Part shown: positions 1 to 9,957 of the stretch, one piece after another | Layout of the letters: every line of letters starts with the position of its first letter | Numbering within the stretch: position 1 is the stretch's first letter | Program-made: the position numbers and the translations under genes | Assembly: GCA_045863235.1 (NCBI GenBank) | Contig: BTUM01000119.1 | Span: forward strand, 1-20,367 | Length of the DNA stretch: 20,367 nucleotides | Direction of reading: 5' to 3' | Source: Candidatus Xenobia bacterium | GTDB lineage: Bacteria; Vulcanimicrobiota; Xenobia; Xenobiales; QWHO01 | Notes under the pieces: model-generated | Seen by the model: only the letters and a program-made list of their open reading frames with translations | Databases searched by the model: none | What the model was told of the DNA's origin: nothing

Positions 1-1661
<1,661 letters not shown>

Positions 1662-1677
1662 GCTCCCGTCAACCCTG

Positions 1678-1712
1678 GAAGCGCTCGCCTCTGGCGGGCG
1701 CTTCTTTGTTTT
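1678..1712 (+). terminator. Rho-independent terminator
   Basis: GAAGCGCTCGCC-TCT-GGCGGGCGCTTC hairpin followed by TTTGTTTT, 16 bp after the stop at 1661. Confidence 0.8.
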
Positions 1713-1818
1713 CCCCGACCCGTATCATTGCGGAAGCGACACACGGGGGAACTGACACAACCCCTGCCACTCCGGGAGCGCAAGCAGGGACCAGAGCCCG
1801 GCCGGCAAACCCGAGCCC

Positions 1819-2919
1819 GTGCGCCTGATTGTCCCCTCGACCCCCCTGCCGTTCGATCAACCGGTGCCCCTCCGCGTGGAGGGCTGCTCCCCCCTGGACG
1901 TCGTGGACCTGCGCACCCGACTCAACGACCGGCAGGGCCGGCCCTGGGAAGCCTGGGCACGCTTTGCGGCCCAGGCAGACGGTACGGTCGACCCCGGTCG
2001 GGACGCGCCTCTCGAGGCCAGCTATTTCGGGTTCGATCCGGTCGGGATGCTGTGGTCGATGGCTCCCCTCGATCCCCAGAGCGAGCCCTTCGAGCTCGAG
2101 CCCGGACCGGCCAGGATGCAGGTCATCGCCAGCAGTCCGCACCAGGAGCCCTGCCGGGCCGAGGTGACCCGGCTGGCCGGACAGCCCGGGGAGCCCTTTG
2201 GACCGGGCGAGCTCTTCCGCGGCCAGGCGGGCCGGGGAGCGGTGCTCCTTCTGGCCAGTCAGGGCCTACCTCGCGAGGGAGCCGCCATGCTGGCCCAGCA
2301 CGGGCTCACCAGCTGGGCTCTGGCTCTGCCACCGCGGCCGGTTCCGCTGGAGTGGTTGAGCGACCAGCTGGCCGAGCTGGCCCGCGACCACCAGCGAGTC
2401 ACTGTTTGTGCCACGGGACGGGCCGGGGAGTATGCCCTGCTGGCCGCCACCAGGCGGCCAAAACTGGATGCCCTGGCGATCTGCTCGGGAAGCGGGCTGG
2501 CCTTCGCCGACTCCTGGCTGGGTGTGCCGGGCATCCAGGTCGACTTCACTCAGGTCAAGCGCCTGCAACGCGAAGCCTACGAGGCAGCCGTGGCCGACCG
2601 CGACCAGCGCGATCGGGGGCGCATTCCGGTGGAAAAGATCGAGGCTCCCCTCCTCTTGATGTCCGGACAGCAGGACGGCTATTGGCCCTCGTCGGCCTTC
2701 TCCGAGCTGGCCATGCAGCGGCTGCGCAAACTGGGCCAGGAGTTTCCGGCCGAGCATCTCACCTTCGAGCAGGCCGGCCACCTGCTCGGCCCCGAGCGCG
2801 GGGTCCCCCACCGCCCCACGGGCTTCCTGGCCGACCTGGGGGGGCGACCAGCTCACCAGGCCCAGGCTCAGCGGGCGTGCTGGGAAAAGCTCCTGAGCTT
2901 CTTCAACGCAGCGGGCTGA
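1819..2919 (+). CDS. Acyl-CoA thioester hydrolase/BAAT-family alpha/beta hydrolase homologue
   Basis: N-terminal BAAT-type motif (F.A.ADG.VD..RDAP...SY.G.DP.G.LWSM). C-terminal motifs IPVEKIEAPLLLMSGQQD.YWPS and AGH. GTG start. Confidence 0.85.
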   Translation: MRLIVPSTPLPFDQPVPLRVEGCSPLDVVDLRTRLNDRQGRPWEAWARFAAQADGTVDPGRDAPLEASYFGFDPVGMLWSMAPLDPQSEPFELEPGPARMQVIASSPHQEPCRAEVTRLAGQPGEPFGPGELFRGQAGRGAVLLLASQGLPREGAAMLAQHGLTSWALALPPRPVPLEWLSDQLAELARDHQRVTVCATGRAGEYALLAATRRPKLDALAICSGSGLAFADSWLGVPGIQVDFTQVKRLQREAYEAAVADRDQRDRGRIPVEKIEAPLLLMSGQQDGYWPSSAFSELAMQRLRKLGQEFPAEHLTFEQAGHLLGPERGVPHRPTGFLADLGGRPAHQAQAQRACWEKLLSFFNAAG

Positions 2920-3511
2920 GCCAGCGCACCACGATGAACCCGCCCTTCTCGGGGGCGAGTAGAACCTTGCCCGTCTTGCCGACCGTCGAGGTCACCCCGG
3001 CTACCAGTTTGTCGCTCTGCCAGCCTTCGAAGCGGGCTACCCAGGTCTGGTTGCCTTCCTTGGGCGTGGTCCAGCGAAAGCGGTTGTCCTTGCCAAGCAG
3101 AAGAGCTCGCGTGTAAGCAGGTCGGAAGGTCCCGTCCAGCCAGCGATAGACCTTGAACTCCACCGGACGAACATCCGAGATGGGTGCCGGAGCCACCAGC
3201 TCGATCTGCTTGTCACGGTCGATGTCTCCCACCACCTCTGGCAATGAGACTCCGCAGTCCCAGGCCCCAAATGCCATCGGGTCGGTGGCCTCGGCCACCT
3301 TCTCCGATTCCCAGAGCACCTTCCCATCGGCGCCAAGCACCACCAGGGTGGCGAAGTAGTTGCCCTCCTCCACCCGATAGGCCCGCAGGGTCATCGTCTC
3401 GGCCTGCTTGTCGCCATCCAGGTCGCAGCTCCAGCTCTCCTTGAGAAGCTCCCCCTCGACCTGGGCCAGGGCCAGAACGCTCAGGAGCAAGACGAGTGCC
3501 AGGGCCTTCAC
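2903..3511 (-). CDS. Secreted hypothetical protein with FG-GAP/VCBS-like Ca-binding motifs
   Basis: GTG at 3511 overlaps the upstream stop (GTGA), with AAGGAGG RBS at ~3522-3528. Signal peptide VKALALVLLLSVLALAQ; motifs DLDGDKQAE and GDIDRDKQIELV. Confidence 0.75.
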   Translation of the reverse strand: MKALALVLLLSVLALAQVEGELLKESWSCDLDGDKQAETMTLRAYRVEEGNYFATLVVLGADGKVLWESEKVAEATDPMAFGAWDCGVSLPEVVGDIDRDKQIELVAPAPISDVRPVEFKVYRWLDGTFRPAYTRALLLGKDNRFRWTTPKEGNQTWVARFEGWQSDKLVAGVTSTVGKTGKVLLAPEKGGFIVVRWLSPLR

Positions 3512-4287
3512 GAGGCGAGCACCTCCTTGTCCGCTCGAAACGTGCGAGGATCGGCCCAGCGCGCTCGGACCGCTTTGAGCCAACCCACCCGCCGGCCCTG
3601 ACTGAACAAATGGATGGTGCCGGTCACACCCTCCTCGTCGACCCCATTCAGATCGATGCGCACGTCCACCGGGCCTGCAGGCGGGAGCGGCTCGAGCAGG
3701 GTGACCTCGTCCACCGAGCGGGGCAGCAGTCCCCGGCCCTCCCGACACTGAGCCCAGAAAATGGCCAGCTGAAAGGCCCCGTCGATCACTTTCGGATCGA
3801 GATCCCACGCCTCGCGAGGATCCCCGGGAATCCAGTCGACCGGCCGACAGCCGGCCACCGTGCCGGCCACACTGGTGGAGGTGAGTTGAGGCAGCGAAGT
3901 GATAGCCTGCAGCAGCGGCCCGTGAAAGGTGTGCTGGCGGTAGAAATCCTCCAGGGTCAGGCGCGGCTCCATCGCCTTCCCGGCGGGCAGATCGGCCGGG
4001 CCCTCTCCCAGGCCCGCCAGCCGGGCCCGAAAGACAGCCACCTCTCGTCCCCCCGGCCGCACATCCAGCAAGCGCACCAGATCGTCCTGCCGGTCGACGC
4101 GCACCACGGCGGGTCGATTTACCAGCAGACCCCGCTCCACGGCAACCTCGAGAAAGGTAAATGGGGGCTGAACCTGCAGCGACCCGACGAAGAGGTCAAG
4201 GCCCGCTGCCAGCGGCAGGAATGCCCGCCCCGCCAGACTGTGATCGCGCAGGTAAGGGTGGGTCTCGAGGCTCAGGTTGTAGGTCAC
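3508..4287 (-). CDS. Stand-alone polyketide synthase-type dehydratase (double hot-dog PS-DH) protein
   Basis: Catalytic HxxxGxxxxP motif (YLRDHSLAGRAFLP), FHGP..Q and D...DGAFQ motifs. GTGA coupling to the ACP gene. Confidence 0.85.
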   Translation of the reverse strand: MTYNLSLETHPYLRDHSLAGRAFLPLAAGLDLFVGSLQVQPPFTFLEVAVERGLLVNRPAVVRVDRQDDLVRLLDVRPGGREVAVFRARLAGLGEGPADLPAGKAMEPRLTLEDFYRQHTFHGPLLQAITSLPQLTSTSVAGTVAGCRPVDWIPGDPREAWDLDPKVIDGAFQLAIFWAQCREGRGLLPRSVDEVTLLEPLPPAGPVDVRIDLNGVDEEGVTGTIHLFSQGRRVGWLKAVRARWADPRTFRADKEVLAS

Positions 4288-4529
4288 CGCTTGGCCCTGA
4301 TCAGCTCGGCCAGCTCGCCGAAGGTCTTTAGCTTCTCGACGTCGGAGGGCTCCAGGCTCAGGTTGAAGCTGTCTTCCAGCACCAGAACCAGCTCGGCCAC
4401 CGAGACCGAATCGAGCCCCAACTCGGCCAGCTCGCGCTCAGCGGTGACCGGCCCCAGGTCTTTCACGCTCACCTGGCGCAGGGCGTTCTCGAAGATTCTG
4501 GCTGTCTCTGAATCGAGGGGAGGGGTCAT
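4284..4529 (-). CDS. Acyl carrier protein (81 aa)
   Basis: Phosphopantetheine site ELGLDSVSVAELV..LED.F and C-terminal KTFGEL; acidic; ATG at 4529. Confidence 0.9.
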   Translation of the reverse strand: MTPPLDSETARIFENALRQVSVKDLGPVTAERELAELGLDSVSVAELVLVLEDSFNLSLEPSDVEKLKTFGELAELIRAKR

Positions 4530-4608
4530 CTCGGGCCCGATTTTCGGCGCCCGCTGGCTCAGCCCTTTCGGGCATTTTTCACCCTCTCTGGTTAAGCTGA
4601 AGGAAGCC

Positions 4609-7038
4609 ATGAACTCAAACTGGGCCGATAGCGCCGTCCGGATTTCCCGCCAGGGGCTGGAGCGCATGAATGAAACCTACTGGCTGAATGGGACCAGCAA
4701 GCGCCTGGCGGCCGGCGAGGAGACGCTGGATCAGCTCGACCGGCTCGACCCCCGGGCTGCCTCTCCGGCGCGCCTGACGCGCCAGGTAGCCCTCACGCTC
4801 GAAGGAGACGAGCGCGTGGAGTTGCTTCGAGCCGGCCTGAAGGCTACTGCCGACCAGTGCGCCTCCCTGGCGGTGGGCAGCACCTTTCCCCTGGTTGGCC
4901 TGGCCCTGGCTCTGGGCCAGGCCCGTCCCGAGGCCAGCCAGACCGTGCTGGAGGAGCTGGCCAGGGAGACGGCCGACCCGGTGGTGGAGCTGCTGGCCCA
5001 ACGCCGGTCGGGCCAGGCCGGCCTGGCGACCCTGCAAGCCATATCCGAAGGGGCGGAGGCTCGCGCCCGGGCCTGCGGCCAGGGGAAGCTGTGGGAGCTG
5101 GATGCGGACACCCGACTGGCCGTAGCTCGCCAGGTGGCCGGCTCTCCCGAGCTGACGAGCCCCCTGTTGGAGCGGCTGAGCCTCCTGGAGGGAGCTTCGG
5201 CCGCCATGCTGGAGAACGCACTCCAGGCTCGCCCCGGAGGAGAGCTGCAGATCGGCGCGGCGGCCCTCCAGAAGGCTCCCGAGCAACTCCGGCTGGCGCT
5301 GGTGGAGTTGACCCGCCCGCATCTGCCGGCCGAATGGAGCTCCATGATCGCCGAGTTAGAGCCCTCCTGCCAGGGCGTCGAAGAGCGCACCCGCCTGGGA
5401 GACGCAGCCATCGCCCTGGCCGCCGACAGGCAAAGCGCCGACCTGCTGACCCTGGCCGCCGGCCTGAAAGAGCCCTCCGAGAGCCTGGCCGGGGAAATGC
5501 TGCGGCGCCTGCCGCTCAGCCCGGCCCTGGGCGAGTGGCAGGCCACGGCCGGACTGCTCAAGCTGACGCCTCCCCAGGTGCTCGAAGGCGCTCTCGCGGT
5601 CGAGAGCACCCCGCTGGCCGACCTGGTCGAGCGTCATCTGAGCCAGCCCGAGCAAGCAGCCCTTCTGATCGGAGCCGAGAAGGGGCGGGCCACTGGCGAT
5701 CGAGCCAGCTTCCTGGCCGGTCTGGAGGCCTGCGGCGGGGGCAGGGAGGCCTACCGGGCGGCCCTGGGTCCAACCCCGAGCAATCTCAGCGAGTTGACGA
5801 TCGCCTTCCAGCCGGTGCTGGCCGCCAGCGATGCCCCGCTCCAGACGCTGGCCCGGGCCCTCCCCCACTGGTCAGCCCTGGCCGCCAACCCGGACGAGGC
5901 GGTCATGCTCGAGCTGCTTCAGACCTCCTGCCAGGGGGAGCTGTACGAGCCTTCCACCGTATGGAAGGGGGTCCAGCAGGCTCTCGAGCTGGTAGGCAAG
6001 CAGCCCGGCTGCGATCTGGCCAGCTTCAGCCACTCCCTGATCGTTCCCATGCGTTTCTGGATGGACGGCTCACGAGTGGGCGCCGAAGCCCTCGCGGCCC
6101 TGCAGGCGAGGGGTCAGGCTGAGCGTCAGACCGCTCTGGCAACCGTGGCCGGTTTCATGCATGAGTTGCAGGGCCAGATCCCCGATGAGCATGAGCGCCA
6201 CGCCATCATCAAAGTGGGCCTGGACTGGCTGGCCAGCAACACCCCCAGCGTCGAAGGGCTGGGCAAGCTGGCCCGGGCTCTGCGCAAGGAAACAGAAGGC
6301 AAGCACACCGACCTGATCACGGGAGGCCTGGCGGCCCGCTATCTGGCCGCTCAGGGCAGTCCCCCCTTGAGCCAGCAGGGGCGTTTCCTGGCCGCGGTTG
6401 CGCAAATGCGCAGCGAGAATCTCCACGAACGTCTGGAGGCCGTCTCCGACGGGTTGGACCGGGTGGCTGCCGATGCCAGGCTGGCTTCGATCGCGAGCGC
6501 GGTAGCGGCCCGTTTCAAGGAATCCCCGCTGGAGCGCCAGAAAGTGGCCCGCCTCTGCTTCGCCGAGCTGGCCTCCTCGGCCAGCGATCCGCGCCATTCG
6601 GCCGCCTTCTCCACCTTGAGCCAGTTGGTGGACCTCAGCCTTCCCCAGCCGCAAGGGGGAAATCTGGGGGTGCTCTTGCTCGAGCAGATGACCGAGCCGC
6701 CCGATCCGGCTCGATTGGGCTCGGTGACAGCTCAAGCCCTGCTGGACCTGGACCAGGAGTCCCTGCGCCAGGCTGCTCCCCTGCTCCTGGATGGCCTCGA
6801 GCGCACGGCCGCTGCCTGGGGCGACCGCAAGCTGGTCCCCCCGCTGGTGGCAAAAGCCCGCTCGCAGGAAGACCTTGCGGCAGCCCTGAGCCAGCTTTCC
6901 GAGCAACTCTCCGACTATCAGGGCGATGCCTACTGGCTGGTCGGCGCCGCCCAGGGAGCCCTTCCCAGCGCCAGCGTGGAGGAGCGCAACGAGCACGTCA
7001 TCGTGGGGGGCGTGGCGGTGCGCAAGAACCAGGACTGA
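4609..7038 (+). CDS. Large Leu/Ala-rich, probably alpha-helical hypothetical protein (809 aa)
   Basis: ATG at 4609 after AAGGAAG. The upstream part of the 3496..7038 ORF is antisense to DH/ACP. Host-like codon usage; no recognisable catalytic motif. Confidence 0.75.
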   Translation: MNSNWADSAVRISRQGLERMNETYWLNGTSKRLAAGEETLDQLDRLDPRAASPARLTRQVALTLEGDERVELLRAGLKATADQCASLAVGSTFPLVGLALALGQARPEASQTVLEELARETADPVVELLAQRRSGQAGLATLQAISEGAEARARACGQGKLWELDADTRLAVARQVAGSPELTSPLLERLSLLEGASAAMLENALQARPGGELQIGAAALQKAPEQLRLALVELTRPHLPAEWSSMIAELEPSCQGVEERTRLGDAAIALAADRQSADLLTLAAGLKEPSESLAGEMLRRLPLSPALGEWQATAGLLKLTPPQVLEGALAVESTPLADLVERHLSQPEQAALLIGAEKGRATGDRASFLAGLEACGGGREAYRAALGPTPSNLSELTIAFQPVLAASDAPLQTLARALPHWSALAANPDEAVMLELLQTSCQGELYEPSTVWKGVQQALELVGKQPGCDLASFSHSLIVPMRFWMDGSRVGAEALAALQARGQAERQTALATVAGFMHELQGQIPDEHERHAIIKVGLDWLASNTPSVEGLGKLARALRKETEGKHTDLITGGLAARYLAAQGSPPLSQQGRFLAAVAQMRSENLHERLEAVSDGLDRVAADARLASIASAVAARFKESPLERQKVARLCFAELASSASDPRHSAAFSTLSQLVDLSLPQPQGGNLGVLLLEQMTEPPDPARLGSVTAQALLDLDQESLRQAAPLLLDGLERTAAAWGDRKLVPPLVAKARSQEDLAAALSQLSEQLSDYQGDAYWLVGAAQGALPSASVEERNEHVIVGGVAVRKNQD

Positions 7039-7063
7039 GGCCACCGGCGGGGAACGCCTCGAT

Positions 7064-7468
7064 ATGAAAGTATCCACCATCCAGATCGCCCTGCTGGCGC
7101 TGCTTTGCAGCCTGGCCGCCCGGGCGGCCCTGCCCCCTCTGAGCGACGAAGAACGGCTCAATACCGCATCCGACGTGGTCATCGGGGAAGTGCGAACGGT
7201 CGAGCAGAAGGTCGAGAAAATCAAGGTCGGCACCGACATCCACTATTCCGCCCAGGTGGTGGTTCAAGAGCACGTCAAGGGTCGGCTCAAGCCCGGCGAC
7301 GTCATCATCGTGCGCTTCGACCAGACCGGCAAGAGGCCGCCCACCTGGGCCGGTCCCCAGGGCCAGAACGAGGCCCTCACCCCGGGTCTGCGGGCCAAGC
7401 TCTTCATGACCGAGGACGTGGGCTTTTTCCGCCTGCTGCAGCCCAACGGCTGGGACCTGGCTCGCTGA
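7064..7468 (+). CDS. Small secreted hypothetical protein (134 aa)
   Basis: ATG at 7064; signal peptide MKVSTIQIALLALLCSLAARA; beta-rich mature region (ASDVVIGEV...V.V....KG.LKPGDVI.V). Confidence 0.8.
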   Translation: MKVSTIQIALLALLCSLAARAALPPLSDEERLNTASDVVIGEVRTVEQKVEKIKVGTDIHYSAQVVVQEHVKGRLKPGDVIIVRFDQTGKRPPTWAGPQGQNEALTPGLRAKLFMTEDVGFFRLLQPNGWDLAR

Positions 7469-8052
7469 AGACCCTGCCCGACCTCCTCGCCCCCGGGCTC
7501 GAGCTGGTGCTGGTGGGGATCAATCCCAGCTCTTACGCGGTGGAGGTGGGTCACTACTTCGCCCGACCCCAGAACCGCTTCTGGCCGGCCTTCTCGCGCT
7601 CGCGCCTCAGTCTGAGAGCGCGCCGCGGGCTCGAGGTGGAAAACCTCGTCTGCCAGCACGACCGCCATCTGCCCCGTTTCGGAATCGGCATGACCGACCT
7701 GGTCAAGATACCCAGCGCCCAGGCAGCCCAGTTGGAGACCTCCCTCTTCCGCGAATGGGCGCCCCGGACCAGGCAGCGGCTGGAGGCAGTGGAGCCGACC
7801 GTCATCGCCTTTCAGGGGATGATGGCCCTCAAGCCCTTTCTGAGGTATGGCCTGCAATCCAAGGAGAAGCCAGCCTTCGGGCCTCTTGAAACACGGATGG
7901 GTCAGGCCCGGCTCTACGCCCTGCCCAACCCCAGCCCGGCCAATGCAAGCTTTCGCCTGGACGACTTCGTGCGAGGATTCGATGAGCTGGCCGACTTTAT
8001 CGCTCGGTCAGCCCCCGCGAACGCCGCAAGCGTTCCAGATCAACCACGGTGA
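7465..8052 (+). CDS. mug: Mismatch-specific uracil/thymine DNA glycosylase (Mug/TDG, UDG family 2)
   Basis: Motifs LPDLLAPGL, VGINP, GHYFARP.NRFW, GIGMTDLVK and LPNPSPAN. Probable CTG start overlapping the upstream TGA. Confidence 0.9.
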   Translation: MKTLPDLLAPGLELVLVGINPSSYAVEVGHYFARPQNRFWPAFSRSRLSLRARRGLEVENLVCQHDRHLPRFGIGMTDLVKIPSAQAAQLETSLFREWAPRTRQRLEAVEPTVIAFQGMMALKPFLRYGLQSKEKPAFGPLETRMGQARLYALPNPSPANASFRLDDFVRGFDELADFIARSAPANAASVPDQPR

Positions 8053-8683
8053 TCTGACCGCCGGCCAGCTTGACCAGCCCATTGAAGGCCATCAGGTCGA
8101 GCATCAGCTTGACTCCAGCCGGCTCCAGGCCCGTCATGCCCCCGAGCAGCTCCAGGTCGAGCGGCAGGCTCGGACCCTCGCTCTCGGCCCGGGTGACGAG
8201 CTTTCGCACCAACCGCTGGTAGGCGTCGAGGTGAGCCACCGCGGCCAGGTCCTCGTTGGTCTGCCGCAGCCGGCGAGCCATCCCCCGCATCAGGCCCAGA
8301 GCCAGCTCGGGATGCTGGCCCACCAGCTGGTGAAAGCTCTCGCGCTGGAGGACCAGCAGCTCGCAGGGAGCCACCGCCTCGGCCGTGGCCGAGCGGGGCC
8401 CCCCGTCGAGCAGGGCCATCTCGCCCAGGTGCTCGCCGGGACCCACCAGGCCCAGGGTGAAAGCCTCGCTCTCGCCATCGGCCCGGCTGGTCAGGCGCAG
8501 CTGCCCGCTGAGCACCACGAAGAACTCGTCACCCTCCTCGCCCTGGCGCATCAAGCGCTCTCCGGCCGCCAGCTCACGCAACCGCGCGGCCCTGGTGAGG
8601 GCTTCCAGAGCCGACTCACTGAGCCCCGAGAAGAAGGGAACCGCTGCCAGAGGGGCCCGAGCCCGCTCGAGCGAGAGGCTCAC
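7997..8683 (-). CDS. Crp/Fnr-family cyclic-nucleotide-binding transcriptional regulator
   Basis: cNMP-binding motifs QGEEGDEFFVVLSG and GEMALLDGGPRSATA, C-helix, C-terminal HTH-like region. GTGA coupling to ygeW. Confidence 0.88.
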   Translation of the reverse strand: MSLSLERARAPLAAVPFFSGLSESALEALTRAARLRELAAGERLMRQGEEGDEFFVVLSGQLRLTSRADGESEAFTLGLVGPGEHLGEMALLDGGPRSATAEAVAPCELLVLQRESFHQLVGQHPELALGLMRGMARRLRQTNEDLAAVAHLDAYQRLVRKLVTRAESEGPSLPLDLELLGGMTGLEPAGVKLMLDLMAFNGLVKLAGGQITVVDLERLRRSRGLTER

Positions 8684-9897
8684 CTTGCCGCCAGCGACTT
8701 GACGCAGCCGCGCCGGGCGACCACGTTGTCCAGGCAGGCTTTCAGCATGTCAGCCGGCTTCTCGAAGCGGGTCAGCAAGATCATGGCCGCGATCACGAAC
8801 GGTTTGTGGCCCGCCTCGCGATAGGTGGCCAGGCGATAGCGGTCGAACACCGAGGCGGCCACCTCGCCTTCCTGGCAGCTCACCCCGGTGATGTCGGCCG
8901 GCAGGCAGTGCATGTAGTGCGCCTTGCCGTCTTTGGTGCGCTTCATCAGGTCCTCGGTGCACTCCCAGTTCTTGTGCTTGGCGTTCTCGGCCAGGGCGTG
9001 CTTCTCGAGCTCTTTCAGCTCGTCGTTCTTGCGTGCCATCAAGAGCTCGGTGCGCTTCTCCATGACTTTGTAGGGGGCCCAGCTCTTGGGATACACCACG
9101 TCCGCACCCGAGAAAGCCTCCTCCATCGAGTGGGCCACCGAGAACGAGCCGCCCGAGGCGGCGGCGTGTTTGCGCGCGGCGTCCAGCGTCTCGGGCACCA
9201 GGTCATAACCTTCGGGATGGGCCAGCACCACCTCCATCCCGAACCGCGACATCAGGGCGATGATACCCTGCGGCACCGAGAGCGGCTTGCCGTAGCTGGG
9301 CGAGTAGGCCCAGGTCATGGCGATCTTCTTGCCCTTCAGATTCTCGAGGCCGCCATAAGTCTCGATCAGATGGCGCAGGTCGGCCATCGACTGGGTGGGA
9401 TGGTCCAGGTCGCACTGGAGGTTGACCACTGCCGGGCGCTGGAAGAGCACGCCCTCGTTGTAGCTCTCCTGCACCGAGTCGGAGACCTCTTGCATGTACT
9501 TGTGGCCGGCGCCCAGGAACATGTCGTCGCGGATGCCGATCACTTCGCTGAAGAAGCTGATCATGCTGGCCGTCTCGCGCACCGTCTCGCCGTGGGAGAT
9601 CTGCGAGGTACTCTCGTCCAGCTCTTCGGTCATCAGGCCCAGCATGTTGCAGGCGGCGCGAAACGAGTAGCGCGTGCGGGTGGACTTGTCGCGGAAGATC
9701 GAGATGCCCAGACCGGTATCAAACAGCTTGGAGGAAATGCCGGCTCTGGCCATCTTCTGGAGTGCCTCGGCGGCCAGCAGTACGGCCTTGAGGTTGGACT
9801 CGCTCTGCTGCCAGGTCAAGAGGAAGCTGCCCTGATGCAGGTTGGTCGAAGTCTCGGCCAGCTGGCCGACCAGGTTGCGGATCTCTTCGTGCGCCAT
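8680..9897 (-). CDS. ygeW: YgeW-family knotted carbamoyltransferase
   Basis: Motifs FRDKSTRTR.SF, QISHGETVRETA, IGIRDDM, NLQCD.DHPTQ, AYSPSYGKPLSVPQG, YPKSW and YMHCLPADI. Confidence 0.92.
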   Translation of the reverse strand: MAHEEIRNLVGQLAETSTNLHQGSFLLTWQQSESNLKAVLLAAEALQKMARAGISSKLFDTGLGISIFRDKSTRTRYSFRAACNMLGLMTEELDESTSQISHGETVRETASMISFFSEVIGIRDDMFLGAGHKYMQEVSDSVQESYNEGVLFQRPAVVNLQCDLDHPTQSMADLRHLIETYGGLENLKGKKIAMTWAYSPSYGKPLSVPQGIIALMSRFGMEVVLAHPEGYDLVPETLDAARKHAAASGGSFSVAHSMEEAFSGADVVYPKSWAPYKVMEKRTELLMARKNDELKELEKHALAENAKHKNWECTEDLMKRTKDGKAHYMHCLPADITGVSCQEGEVAASVFDRYRLATYREAGHKPFVIAAMILLTRFEKPADMLKACLDNVVARRGCVKSLAAR

Positions 9898-9957
9898 CGT
9901 CCACCTCGAGTTCGTAGAATGTCAGACGGGCTTCGAGGGGGCGCGAAACGGGACCTC

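Noticed and set aside
1713..1818. Possible riboswitch upstream of the thioesterase (CCCTGC...GCAGGG hairpin)
   Set aside because: Short GC stems are expected by chance, and I could not match a known riboswitch consensus.
3496..4608. N-terminal 371 aa of the 1180-aa ORF
   Set aside because: Antisense shadow of the DH and ACP genes; a start with an RBS exists at 4609.
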